Translations under genes and position numbers: made by a program
Assembly: GCF_001457595.1 (NCBI RefSeq)
Contig: NZ_LN831039.1
Location: 5,700,001-5,732,000 of the forward strand
DNA from: Mycolicibacterium smegmatis
Lineage (GTDB): Bacteria; Actinomycetota; Actinomycetes; Mycobacteriales; Mycobacteriaceae
DNA: 32,000 nucleotides
Direction: 5' to 3'
Notes under the pieces: generated by a model
The model's input: the letters and a program-made list of their open reading frames with translations, nothing else
The model's database searches: none
Told to the model about the DNA's origin: nothing
In this document: in pieces, positions 8,144 to 16,307 of the stretch
Position numbering within the stretch: position 1 is the first letter of the stretch
Layout: the number at the start of each line of letters is the position of its first letter

Positions 8144-9093
8144 TGGACGATCCGCAGCCGCGGACCGCGTCCGGCCCGACGGAGCTCGCGCCCGGCGGCA
8201 CCAACGCCGTCGGGCACATGCTCGCCCTGCTCGGTGACGAGTGGTCGCTGCTGGTGATGCAGCAGGCCTTGCTGGGCGCAACCCGCTACGGGCAGTTCAT
8301 GTCCCGGCTGCCGATCTCGAACTCGGTGCTGACCCGCCGGCTCGGCACCCTCACCGCCGACGGCTTGCTGAGGCGCCACCGGTATCAGGACCGACCGCCG
8401 CGCGACGAGTATCTGGTGACCGCTCGTGGGCGTGCCCTGTGGCCGATCCTGCTGTCGATCTGGGAGTGGGAACGCCGGTGGGTGCCCGAGCAGCGCGATG
8501 CCCTGCCCGGTATGCGACACATCTCCTGCGGCGAGGAGTTCCACCCGCTGCTGAGCTGCTCGGCCTGCGAGAAGGAGGCGAATCCCGGTGAGGTGGTGGC
8601 CCGTTGGGGACCGAGCGGCGGGTGGCAGCGCGCGCTGCCCGTGGCGACGACCCGCCGCCGATCTGGGTCCGGCTCAGGTGCCGACGACCGCGACTCCCCC
8701 TCGGGTCTGTTCCCTCAGACGATGAGCGTGCTGGGCAACCGCTGGGCGTGTGCGATCCTGGTCGCGGCGTTCACCGGCACCACCCGGTTTTCGACGTTTC
8801 AGAAGTTGCTGGCGGCCCCGCCCGGTTCGGTGTCCGATCGTCTGGCACGCTTCCGCGCGAACGGCATCATGACCACCTCCCCCGAACGGCCGGAGTATCT
8901 GCTGACAGCGAAAGGCGAGGCGTTCCTGCCCGTGCTGGTGACCGGACTGCAATGGGCCCAGGGTTGGTTCAGCGCTCCGGAAGGCCCCGCCGTCAACCTC
9001 ACTCACACCGCCTGCGATCAGGTATTTCACCCTGTTCTACGGTGTGATCGATGCAAGGAACCGCTCACCGGCAACTCGGTCCAAACGATCTAG
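8143..9093 (+). CDS. transcriptional regulator with two tandem HxlR-type winged-helix domains
   Basis: GTG at 8143, sharing its G with the previous stop. Domain 1: LLGDEWSLLVMQQALLGATRYGQFMSRLPISNSVLTRRLGTLTADGLLRRHRYQDRPPRDEYLVTARGRALWPILLSIWEWERRW. Domain 2: VLGNRWACAILVAAFTGTTRFSTFQKLLAAPPGSVSDRLARFRANGIMTTSPERPEYLLTAKGEAFLPVLVTGLQWAQGW. Confidence 0.85.
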   Translation: MDDPQPRTASGPTELAPGGTNAVGHMLALLGDEWSLLVMQQALLGATRYGQFMSRLPISNSVLTRRLGTLTADGLLRRHRYQDRPPRDEYLVTARGRALWPILLSIWEWERRWVPEQRDALPGMRHISCGEEFHPLLSCSACEKEANPGEVVARWGPSGGWQRALPVATTRRRSGSGSGADDRDSPSGLFPQTMSVLGNRWACAILVAAFTGTTRFSTFQKLLAAPPGSVSDRLARFRANGIMTTSPERPEYLLTAKGEAFLPVLVTGLQWAQGWFSAPEGPAVNLTHTACDQVFHPVLRCDRCKEPLTGNSVQTI

Positions 9094-9116
9094 CACTCTC
9101 ACATCTCGAGTGCTAA
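9090..9116 (+). promoter_or_regulatory. CIRCE element (HrcA operator)
   Basis: CTAGCACTC-TCACATCTC-GAGTGCTAA against consensus TTAGCACTC-N9-GAGTGCTAA; one mismatch (first base), exact 9-nt spacer, about 70 nt upstream of the Hsp20 start. Confidence 0.92.
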
Positions 9117-9186
9117 TATCGGCGTTGCACAGTGATTGGCTGCCCGCCAGGGTGGCGGGCCCATGCGATACAGGAGGTGGATTGCT

Positions 9187-9645
9187 GTGCTCCGCTTTGA
9201 TCCGTTCAGTGACCTGGATGCCCTGACCAAAAGTTTGCTGTCGACTGGCACCGGGTCATCGCGCACCCCGCGGTTCATGCCCATGGACCTGTGCAAGATC
9301 GACGATCATTACGTCCTGACCGCGGACCTCCCGGGCGTCGATCCGGGCTCGGTCGACGTGACCGTCGACAACGGCATGCTGACCATCTCGGCGCATCGGA
9401 CCGCACGCTCCGACGAATCCGCCCAGTGGCTCGCCAATGAGCGGTTCTTCGGCAGCTACCGCCGCCAGCTGTCGCTGGGCGAAGGTATCGACACGTCGGC
9501 GATCGCCGCGACCTACGAGAACGGCGTCCTGACCGTCACGATCCCGATGGTCGAACGCGCCAAGCCGCGCAAGATCGAGATCGCGCATGGCGGTGAGCAG
9601 AAGTCGATCACCGTCGAAGGCGAGACCGTCAGCAACGATCAGTAG
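9187..9645 (+). CDS. Hsp20/alpha-crystallin family small heat-shock protein
   Basis: GTG 9187 with AGGAGG at 9172-9177: VLRFDPFSDLDALTKSLL...PMDLCKIDDHYVLTADLPGVDPGSVDVTVDNGMLTISAHR...YENGVLTVTIPMVERAKPRKIEI. Confidence 0.93.
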   Translation: MLRFDPFSDLDALTKSLLSTGTGSSRTPRFMPMDLCKIDDHYVLTADLPGVDPGSVDVTVDNGMLTISAHRTARSDESAQWLANERFFGSYRRQLSLGEGIDTSAIAATYENGVLTVTIPMVERAKPRKIEIAHGGEQKSITVEGETVSNDQ

Positions 9646-9651
9646 GCCAGA

Positions 9652-10257
9652 TCAGCGATTCCGATCCCGGCGGTCCAGCCTGAAATTCAGGTTGGACCGC
9701 GCTGCGGGCCACTCGATGTCGAGGATCGAGTAGACCACGGTGTCACGGCGTGAACCGTCGGCCGCGATCTGGTGGCTGCGCAGCACACCGTCCTGCTTGG
9801 CGCCCAGCCGCTCGATCGCGGCCCGGCTCGCGAAGTTGAAGAAGTGCGTGCGGAATTCGACTGCGATGCAGTTCAATTCGTCGAACGCGTGGCCCAACAA
9901 CAGCAGCTTGGCCTCGGCGTTGACGCCGGTGCCGCGCGCCGCGGCGGTGTACCAGGTGTGCCCGATCTCGAGCCTGCGGTTGGTGCCGTCGACGTTGAGG
10001 TAGCTCGACGAGCCGACCAGGTTGCCGTCGAGATCACGCACCACGAAGCTCAGGCCGTCATCGGCCGCGCGCAGCTTCAGCATGCGCTCGACCCACTGCT
10101 CGGCCGCACCCGGCTGCGGGGTCGTGGTGTACCAGAGGGTGCCCAGTTCACCGTCGGCGGCGACCGCGTCGATCTCCGGGATGTGTTCGCGGGTCAGCGG
10201 TTCCAGCTGTACCCAGCGCCTACCGGTCAGCGTGACCGGCTTCACGAAATCACTCAT
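9652..10257 (-). CDS. GNAT-family N-acetyltransferase
   Basis: MSDFVKPVTLTGRRWVQLEPLTREHIPEIDAVAADGELGTLWYTTTP...GNLVGSSSYLNVDGTNRRLEIGHTWYTAAARGTGVNAEAKLLLLGHAFDELNCIAVEFRTHFFNFASRAAIERLGAKQDGVLR; RimJ/RimL-like. Confidence 0.88.
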   Translation of the reverse strand: MSDFVKPVTLTGRRWVQLEPLTREHIPEIDAVAADGELGTLWYTTTPQPGAAEQWVERMLKLRAADDGLSFVVRDLDGNLVGSSSYLNVDGTNRRLEIGHTWYTAAARGTGVNAEAKLLLLGHAFDELNCIAVEFRTHFFNFASRAAIERLGAKQDGVLRSHQIAADGSRRDTVVYSILDIEWPAARSNLNFRLDRRDRNR

Positions 10258-10673
10258 CGTCTCCCCAGTGTCGACAACAACGCCCACAACGAAAACAGCG
10301 CGGCGAGGATCGCCAGGCCGCCGCCGGTGTACAGACCGTAGCCCGCGTTCACCGGCGGTTTGACGTTGAGCATGTAGTACCACACGGTCAGGCCCACGAG
10401 CGCAAGCGAAATAAGCAGTCCCGCAGCCGATGCGAGGCGCTCCGAGAGGCCCTGACCAGCCATCGCGCCCGCGACGATCAACGTCGAACCGAGCAGCACG
10501 ATCAGTTGTCCCGGCCCGAAACCGGCGGGCAGCACCATGCTGCCGACCGCGCCGCCGATCGCGTTGGCCCGGCCGCCGCCGTTGGCGCCCGTGGTGAGCC
10601 ACGGCAGCCATGCGGTGACCACGAGGATCGCCGCACACAGTGCCACCAGCCAACCTGGACGCAGACGAACCAT
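10254..10673 (-). CDS. small integral membrane protein, unknown function
   Basis: MVRLRPGWLVALCAAILVVTAWLPWLTTGANGGG... with four predicted hydrophobic segments; 4-nt overlap with the GNAT gene. Confidence 0.7.
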   Translation of the reverse strand: MVRLRPGWLVALCAAILVVTAWLPWLTTGANGGGRANAIGGAVGSMVLPAGFGPGQLIVLLGSTLIVAGAMAGQGLSERLASAAGLLISLALVGLTVWYYMLNVKPPVNAGYGLYTGGGLAILAALFSLWALLSTLGRR

Positions 10674-10692
10674 AGCGACGAGACTATCGGGT

Positions 10693-11139
10693 GTGACCGA
10701 ACTCCCCGACTGGGCCGCACCGCTCGATCTCGCCCCACATCCCGAAGGCGGTTGGTACCGCGAAACCTGGCGCAGCGAACTGACCGTGAACCAGACCTCA
10801 CTTCCGGCGGGCTACTCAGGCCCGCGCAGCGCGGGCACGGCGATCCTGTTCCTGCTGATGCCCGGCCAGCAATCGGCGTGGCACACGGTCCGCAGCGCGG
10901 AGTTGTGGTTCCACCACCGCGGCAGCCCGCTGCTGTTGGAGATCGGCGAACAGCAGGAGACTGCGACGACACATCTGCTGGGCCCGGACATCACCACCGG
11001 GCAGCAACCCCAGGTGCTGGTGCCGCCCGGGCACTGGCAGCGGGCCCGGCCGCGCGATGACGAGCCCACCCTGGTGAGCTGTGTGGTGGTGCCCGGTTTC
11101 GACTTCGCCGACTTCGCGCTGGCCGCGCCTACCGACTGA
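10693..11139 (+). CDS. cupin_5 (DUF985) family protein
   Basis: GTG start: VTELPDWAAPLDLAPHPEGGWYRETWRSELTV...SAGTAILFLLMPGQQSAWHTVRSAELWFHHRGSPLLLEI; HPEGGWYRE is typical of DUF985. Confidence 0.85.
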   Translation: MTELPDWAAPLDLAPHPEGGWYRETWRSELTVNQTSLPAGYSGPRSAGTAILFLLMPGQQSAWHTVRSAELWFHHRGSPLLLEIGEQQETATTHLLGPDITTGQQPQVLVPPGHWQRARPRDDEPTLVSCVVVPGFDFADFALAAPTD

Positions 11140-11857
11140 GCAACTCGACCGCGGCCGTCACCAGGGCTGCATTGTCGTCGGCGACGGTGCCGTCGGGAAG
11201 ACGCAGTGTGTCCTCCATCCCGATACGGGTCTGCACGCCACACTGCCCGGCGTGTTGCAGGAGCGGCCAAGCACTTTCGTCGAGGCCGTGCAACAGCGCG
11301 GGAGCCTGCGATCCGGCCGACGTCACGATCGCCAGGAGTTCGTCGGCCGTGCCGGTGCCGGCGTCGGGCGACAGTTCGACCATGACGCGCAGGCAGTGCG
11401 CGGCCATATCGGATGCGGCCCACGCACGCGCGGCGTCGGCGTGGAACAACCCGGCTTCGACGCCCACGCCCCTGCTCAACAGCAACTCGGCCAGCTCCGG
11501 TGAACCCGGTTCGTGCCAGTTGACCGACGCGAAGTCGGGCAACACTTCCCACGCCTCGACCGTTCGCAGCCGTTTCTTGGGGTCCGGAAGCGCCCAGAAT
11601 CCCGTCGTCACCCCCAGTGGGAAGCCCGGCACGGCGTGGCGCACCGCCGACACCGCGGCGGCGACCACGTCGGGTTCCAGGGAATCCGTGCCGTCGTCTG
11701 CTTTGGGATGCAGGTGCACGGCCTGCGCCCCGGCGCGATGCACCGACAGTGCGGCATCGGCCAGTTGGTCAGGCGTGACGGGCAGATTCGGGTGCTGATC
11801 GGGCGTACGCGCACCGTTGATGCACGCCTTGACGTAGGGGGTATGGGAGCGGTCCAT
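11129..11857 (-). CDS. BKACE-family (3-keto-5-aminohexanoate cleavage enzyme, DUF849) protein
   Basis: YVKACINGARTPDQHPNLPVTPDQLADAALSVHRAGAQAVHLHPKADDGTDSLEPDVVAAAVSAVR...GLDESAWPLLQHAGQCGVQTRIGMEDTLRLPDG. Confidence 0.82.
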   Translation of the reverse strand: MDRSHTPYVKACINGARTPDQHPNLPVTPDQLADAALSVHRAGAQAVHLHPKADDGTDSLEPDVVAAAVSAVRHAVPGFPLGVTTGFWALPDPKKRLRTVEAWEVLPDFASVNWHEPGSPELAELLLSRGVGVEAGLFHADAARAWAASDMAAHCLRVMVELSPDAGTGTADELLAIVTSAGSQAPALLHGLDESAWPLLQHAGQCGVQTRIGMEDTLRLPDGTVADDNAALVTAAVELLSR

Positions 11858-11871
11858 ACCCCATCTTTAAC

Positions 11872-12642
11872 TCAATCCTGCAGCGATGACAGGTTGAATC
11901 CGGCACCGGTGGGATCGGCGACGGCCGCGAGCCTGCCGTACGGCGTGTCCTCGGCGGCTCGAACCACCGAACCGCCGTGCTCGACGATCAACTCGATGGT
12001 CTTGTCGACGTCGTCGGCGCCGAAGAAGCACGTCCAAGTCGACGGTGCGTCGCCCAGGAAGGCTGCGCCGTCCATCACGCCGACGAGCTCCTCGCCGTCG
12101 AAGGACGCTGTGCTGTAGCGGAATTCGTCGGTGTCGGCCATGGTGTTGACCGTCCAGCCGAACACGTCGCGGTAGAACTGCAACGCCTTGGCGTAGTCAC
12201 CGGTGGTGAGCTGGTGGTACAGCGGCGCGCCCGGCTCGTTGAACACCTGGAAGCCATTGTGGCCTGCGGGCTGCCACAACCCGAAGAATCCGCCTGCGGC
12301 GTCGGACATCATGGCCATGCGGCCTTTTTCGGGCACGTCCATGACGCCGCCGCAGTTGCTCCCGCCCGCTGCCGCGGCGGCAGCAACCGTGGCTTCGGCG
12401 TCCGCGGTGTGCAGATACGTCGTCCAAATGTCGGGCGTGTTCCACTGCGGGTCGTTCTGCATGAGACCCGCGACCACATGACCTTCGAGGTGGGCGGTGA
12501 CGTAGCCGCCGTACTCGGGGCCTCCGGTTTCGAAGGTCCACCCGAACACCGCGCCGTAGAAAGCCTTGGCGCGCTCGACATCAGACGTCGTCAGGTCGAT
12601 CCAGGTGGGTGCGCCGAGCGGCGCGGTGGAGCGGATGGGCAC
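11872..12642 (-). CDS. two-domain VOC/glyoxalase-like protein (CFP30B-like)
   Basis: Two repeats of the VOC pattern: WIDLTTSDVERAKAFYGAVFGWTFE... and YHQLTTGDYAKALQFYRDVFGWTVN.... GTG start. Confidence 0.88.
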   Translation of the reverse strand: MPIRSTAPLGAPTWIDLTTSDVERAKAFYGAVFGWTFETGGPEYGGYVTAHLEGHVVAGLMQNDPQWNTPDIWTTYLHTADAEATVAAAAAAGGSNCGGVMDVPEKGRMAMMSDAAGGFFGLWQPAGHNGFQVFNEPGAPLYHQLTTGDYAKALQFYRDVFGWTVNTMADTDEFRYSTASFDGEELVGVMDGAAFLGDAPSTWTCFFGADDVDKTIELIVEHGGSVVRAAEDTPYGRLAAVADPTGAGFNLSSLQD

Positions 12643-12661
12643 GATGGGTCTCCTTCACGGT

Positions 12662-12689
12662 CATCGGTCAGTTGGCGTACTGACCGATG
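12662..12689. promoter_or_regulatory. perfect 10-bp inverted repeat between the MPT63-like and VOC genes
   Basis: CATCGGTCAG-TTGGCGTA-CTGACCGATG; no U-tract on either side, so an operator is as plausible as an RNA hairpin. Confidence 0.5.
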
Positions 12690-12742
12690 CCGCGAGGAAA
12701 ACTCATCGCTGGGGGTTCACCCCGTTCGGGTTATTGGCCGGC

Positions 12743-13222
12743 TCACTGCCCCGCGTCGTCGGTCCAGACGACCTCTTCGGAGCCGACGTCGCTGTACACG
12801 ACGCTGTCCGGGGCCTCACCCTTGACGTCGAAGTACACCTTGCCGGTGGTCGACGCGCCCTCGGTCAGCGGTGCGGGGTTGACGCCCTCAGGCGTCGGCA
12901 CCTCGAACAGGGCCTGGTATGACTGGCCGTCGGCCGTGCGGGCGTTGAAGTTCGAGACGACCGGGGTCACGGTGCCCTCTTTGGCCTCGACGGTGGCCGT
13001 CGCCTCGTACAGCTGGCCCTCGACCTCGGTGGGGATCTGATCGCTGCTCGGAGCGATGTCGGTGACCGTCACGCTGGCGGTGTCACCGGTCGGTGCCACC
13101 AGATCCTGCGCTTCCCCGAAACCGGCTTCGGTCTCTGCCATGGCCAGCGGCGCGGCGCCAAGTGCCATGGCGGCCGTTGCGGTGCTTGCTGCGGCGATCT
13201 TCATACCGGTACGGATATTCAC
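12743..13222 (-). CDS. MPT63-like (DUF1942) secreted immunoglobulin-like protein
   Basis: GTG start, signal peptide MNIRTGMKIAAASTATAAMALGAAPLAMAE, then VTVTDIAPSSDQIPTEVEGQLYEATATVEAKEGTVTPVVSNFNARTADGQSYQALFEVPTPEGVNPAPLTEGASTTGKVYFDVKGEAPDSVVY. Confidence 0.87.
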   Translation of the reverse strand: MNIRTGMKIAAASTATAAMALGAAPLAMAETEAGFGEAQDLVAPTGDTASVTVTDIAPSSDQIPTEVEGQLYEATATVEAKEGTVTPVVSNFNARTADGQSYQALFEVPTPEGVNPAPLTEGASTTGKVYFDVKGEAPDSVVYSDVGSEEVVWTDDAGQ

Positions 13223-13330
13223 ACGTACTCCTATTCGTTGGCGGTCAGTGCCCGCGGCACAGCGCTGTTTCGGCTGTGTGCGGTCCTGTTCGCATACCCG
13301 CCTCGTCAGGAGGAAAACATCGGTGCGCGC

Positions 13331-14359
13331 TCAGCCCTGTGCGCTGGGGTAACGCGCCGCCAGCACGTTGCGGTGCGCACGCGGCGACCCGAACAGCGAG
13401 CGGTTGAGCGCGGCCCGTTTGAGGTAGGTGTGCACACCGCTTTCCCACGTGTAGCCGATACCACCGTGCAACTGCATGGCCTTGCCCGCGACGCCCACAG
13501 CCGCTTCTGTTGCATACGATTTGGCTTTCGCGACGGTGTGCGCATCCGGTGCGCTGATCGCGCCGGCGATTAACTGCCGCGCCGCCGTGACCTGCACCAG
13601 CATGTCGGCGCACGCGTGCTTGACGGCCTGGAAAGAGCCGATGGGACGGCCGAACTGCTGCCGCATGGACGCGTAGGACACCGTCGCGTCGAGCATGGCT
13701 GCTGCGATACCGAGGCTGTCGCACGCCACGGCCAGCGCGGCGCGCCGGGCCAGCGCGTGCGGGTCTTCGAGGGGCCACACGTCACGAGCCTCGGCGCCGT
13801 CGGCCTCGACGATCGCGAGCCTACGGGTCTCGTCGAGCACGGGTTGCTCGATGACCGTCGCCGCCGCGTCGACGAGCACCGTCGTACCCGTGGCGTCGCG
13901 CGCGGGCAGCAGCAACCGGTGCGCGTCGCCGGCGTCCGGCACGAATGCCGCGCGGCCGTGCACGCGCCCGTCGGTGGTCACGGTGAACGGGACCCGCGGG
14001 TCACCGGGTACCAGGTCGCCGGGTAACGCGAGCGACACGCGCGTGCGGCCCTCGACGACCTCGGTGAGTAGGTTGTCGCGGGAAGTGTTGGGCGCCACCG
14101 CGAGTAGCGCGCCGACGCCGAGTACGGCGCCGCCGAGGTAGCCGGTGGTGGCTGCGGCACGGCCCAGTTCCTCGCAGATGACGGCCACCTCGGCGAACGT
14201 GGCACCCGCTCCGCCCAGGGACTCCGGCGCGTCGAGGCCGACCCAGCCCGCCTGCACCAGCAGCGGCCAGTCGACGCTGTCCTTCGCGAGCAGATCAGCT
14301 GCCACCGAACGGAGTTCGTCGTGGATCGCTGAGAAGTCTGTAGTGAAGTCTGTCATCAC
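13331..14359 (-). CDS. acyl-CoA dehydrogenase family protein, shorter partner (342 aa)
   Basis: GWVGLDAPESLGGAGATFAEVAVICEELGRAAATTGYLG...FGRPIGSFQAVKHACADMLVQVTAARQLIAGA...AMQLHGGIGYTWESGVHTYLKRAAL; ACAD motifs. Confidence 0.88.
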   Translation of the reverse strand: MMTDFTTDFSAIHDELRSVAADLLAKDSVDWPLLVQAGWVGLDAPESLGGAGATFAEVAVICEELGRAAATTGYLGGAVLGVGALLAVAPNTSRDNLLTEVVEGRTRVSLALPGDLVPGDPRVPFTVTTDGRVHGRAAFVPDAGDAHRLLLPARDATGTTVLVDAAATVIEQPVLDETRRLAIVEADGAEARDVWPLEDPHALARRAALAVACDSLGIAAAMLDATVSYASMRQQFGRPIGSFQAVKHACADMLVQVTAARQLIAGAISAPDAHTVAKAKSYATEAAVGVAGKAMQLHGGIGYTWESGVHTYLKRAALNRSLFGSPRAHRNVLAARYPSAQG

Positions 14360-15531
14360 ACCGCACTCGGCTCTCGCGGCAGGCCCAAACCCCGCTCACC
14401 GATGATGGTGCGCTGGATCTCGCTGGCCCCGCCGGGGATGGTCCATTCCCAAGAGCCGATGAAGTCGAGCATCCACGCCCCCGATTCCCATCCGCTCGAC
14501 GCGGGTTTGGTCAGCACGGTGTGCGCGGGCAGCCCGGCGATCTGGGCGCCGAAGTCCGTCATCCGTTGCAGCAGTTCGCTGTAGTACAGCTTGACGATCG
14601 AGGCGTCGGCTGGGCCTGCCTTGCCGGTTTCGCTGCGTTCGACCAGGTCGCGGCACAGTCCGCGCAGGCCGGTGAGCTCGATCTCGAACTGCGCCAGCTG
14701 ATCCGCGATGAGCGCATCGTCCACCGGCGAGCACGCGTCCACAAGCCAGCGGAACCCTGCGTTGCCGAGACGTTCGGCGAGCTCGAGCATGGTCATGCCG
14801 CGTTCGGCACCCAGCGTCGCCTGCGCGACCTGCCAACCCTTGTTCACCGGGCCCACGAGGTTGGCGGCCGGGATCGCGACGTCGTTGAGGAAGATCTCGC
14901 AGAAATGCGAATCGCCGACCGCGTTGCGGATCGGACGCACATCGACGCCCGGCGACTTCATGTCCATCAGGAAGTAAGAAATGCCGTGGCGCTTCGGCGC
15001 ATTCGGGTCGGTGCGGGCCAGCAGCAGGCACCAGTCGGCGTGCATGGCTCCGCTGGCCCACAGCTTCTGCCCGTTGACGACGAAGGTGTCGCCCTCGGCG
15101 CGGGCCGTGGTGCGCAGCGACGCCAGATCCGAACCGGCCTCGGGTTCGGAGAAGCCCTGTACCCAGATCTCGCCGTCGAGGATCGCGGGCAGGTGCCGGT
15201 TGCGCTGTGCGTCTGTGCCCGCGGCGAGCAGCGTCGACGCGGCGTGGTGGATGCCGACGAACGCCAGTACGAGGCGGGGCGCGTCGTGTGCCGCGAGTTC
15301 GGAGTACAGCACGATCTGCTGCGGAACCGACATGCCGCCGCCCCACTCGGCGGGCCAGTGCGGTACGGCGTAGCCGGCGCTGTGCAACTCGGCGAACCAC
15401 GCCTTCTGGAACGCCGCGAATTCGTCGTCGCTCACGCCGGTTTGGGCCGCGCGCCAGTCTTTGGGGACGTGCGCGGCGCACCAGTCGCGCACCGTGGCGC
15501 GGAAGTCGTCCAAGTTTTCGGGGTGGGTCAC
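14356..15531 (-). CDS. acyl-CoA dehydrogenase family protein (391 aa)
   Basis: HWPAEWGGGMSVPQQIVLYSELAAHDAPRLVLAFVGIHHAASTLLAAGTDAQRNRHLPAILDGEIWVQGFSEPEAGSDLASLRTTARAEGDTFVVNGQKLWASGAMHADWCLLLART.... Confidence 0.93.
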   Translation of the reverse strand: MTHPENLDDFRATVRDWCAAHVPKDWRAAQTGVSDDEFAAFQKAWFAELHSAGYAVPHWPAEWGGGMSVPQQIVLYSELAAHDAPRLVLAFVGIHHAASTLLAAGTDAQRNRHLPAILDGEIWVQGFSEPEAGSDLASLRTTARAEGDTFVVNGQKLWASGAMHADWCLLLARTDPNAPKRHGISYFLMDMKSPGVDVRPIRNAVGDSHFCEIFLNDVAIPAANLVGPVNKGWQVAQATLGAERGMTMLELAERLGNAGFRWLVDACSPVDDALIADQLAQFEIELTGLRGLCRDLVERSETGKAGPADASIVKLYYSELLQRMTDFGAQIAGLPAHTVLTKPASSGWESGAWMLDFIGSWEWTIPGGASEIQRTIIGERGLGLPREPSAV

Positions 15532-16307
15532 TTGTGTGCCTTCTTCTTGAACGCGAGCAGGCGTGCGCGGTGGTCGTCGCTGCGCATGCTGACCTGCTCG
15601 GCCGCGAAGCCGGCTTGCAGTGGTCCGCTGAGCACCTGCGACAGGTACATGTTGACGACGCGTTTGGTTCCCTGCAGCGCCTCGACGGGCTGCTTGGCCA
15701 GCCGGTGCGCGAGTGTCATTGCCTCACTGCGCAGTTGGCCGGGGGCGACGCTGCGGCTCGCGAGGCCCAACTCGACGGCCTTGCCGGCGTCGATCCGGTC
15801 GCCGGTGTAGAGGAACTCCCGCGAGCGCATGATGGGCGTCAGCAGCGGCCACAGTGCCGCGCCGCCGTCGCCGGCCACCAGGCCCACCGACACGTGCGGA
15901 TCCGCGAGGTAGGCGTCCTCGGAGATCAGCAGGATGTCGCACAACAGCGCGACGCTGCAACCCAATCCGACCGCGGGACCGTTGACCGCGGCGATCACCG
16001 GCAGCGGGAAGCGCAGCATCTCCTCGATGATCTGCGCGCCTTCGCGGATGCTCTCGTCACGCGCGACCGGATCGTCGAGGAACGTTGTGATCCAGCCCAG
16101 GTCGCCGCCCGCGCTGAACGCGCGGCCCGCGCCGGTGAGCACGACGACCTTGGCGTCCTTGTCGGCGGCGAGTTGTCGCCACACGTTGGCCAGCGCCCAG
16201 TGCAGTTTCTCGTTGACGCTGTTGAGGTCGGTCTCGCGGTTGATCGTGACGATGCGCACGGGCCCGTCGGTGGACACGCTGAGTTCGTCGGGCACGTCGT
16301 AGTTCAT
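15528..16307 (-). CDS. enoyl-CoA hydratase/isomerase family protein
   Basis: ATG 16307: MNYDVPDELSVSTDGPVRIVTINRETDLNSVNEKLHWAL...VVVLTGAGRAFSAGGDLGWI...FPLPVIAAVNGPAVGLGCSVALLCDILLISEDAYLADPHVSVGL. Confidence 0.93.
   Translation of the reverse strand: MNYDVPDELSVSTDGPVRIVTINRETDLNSVNEKLHWALANVWRQLAADKDAKVVVLTGAGRAFSAGGDLGWITTFLDDPVARDESIREGAQIIEEMLRFPLPVIAAVNGPAVGLGCSVALLCDILLISEDAYLADPHVSVGLVAGDGGAALWPLLTPIMRSREFLYTGDRIDAGKAVELGLASRSVAPGQLRSEAMTLAHRLAKQPVEALQGTKRVVNMYLSQVLSGPLQAGFAAEQVSMRSDDHRARLLAFKKKAHK

Noticed and set aside
13238-13330. Intrinsic terminator for the leftward operon (CACAG...CTGTG near 13258-13282)
   Set aside because: The stem is short and interrupted, with no T-tract on the relevant strand; insufficient to call.
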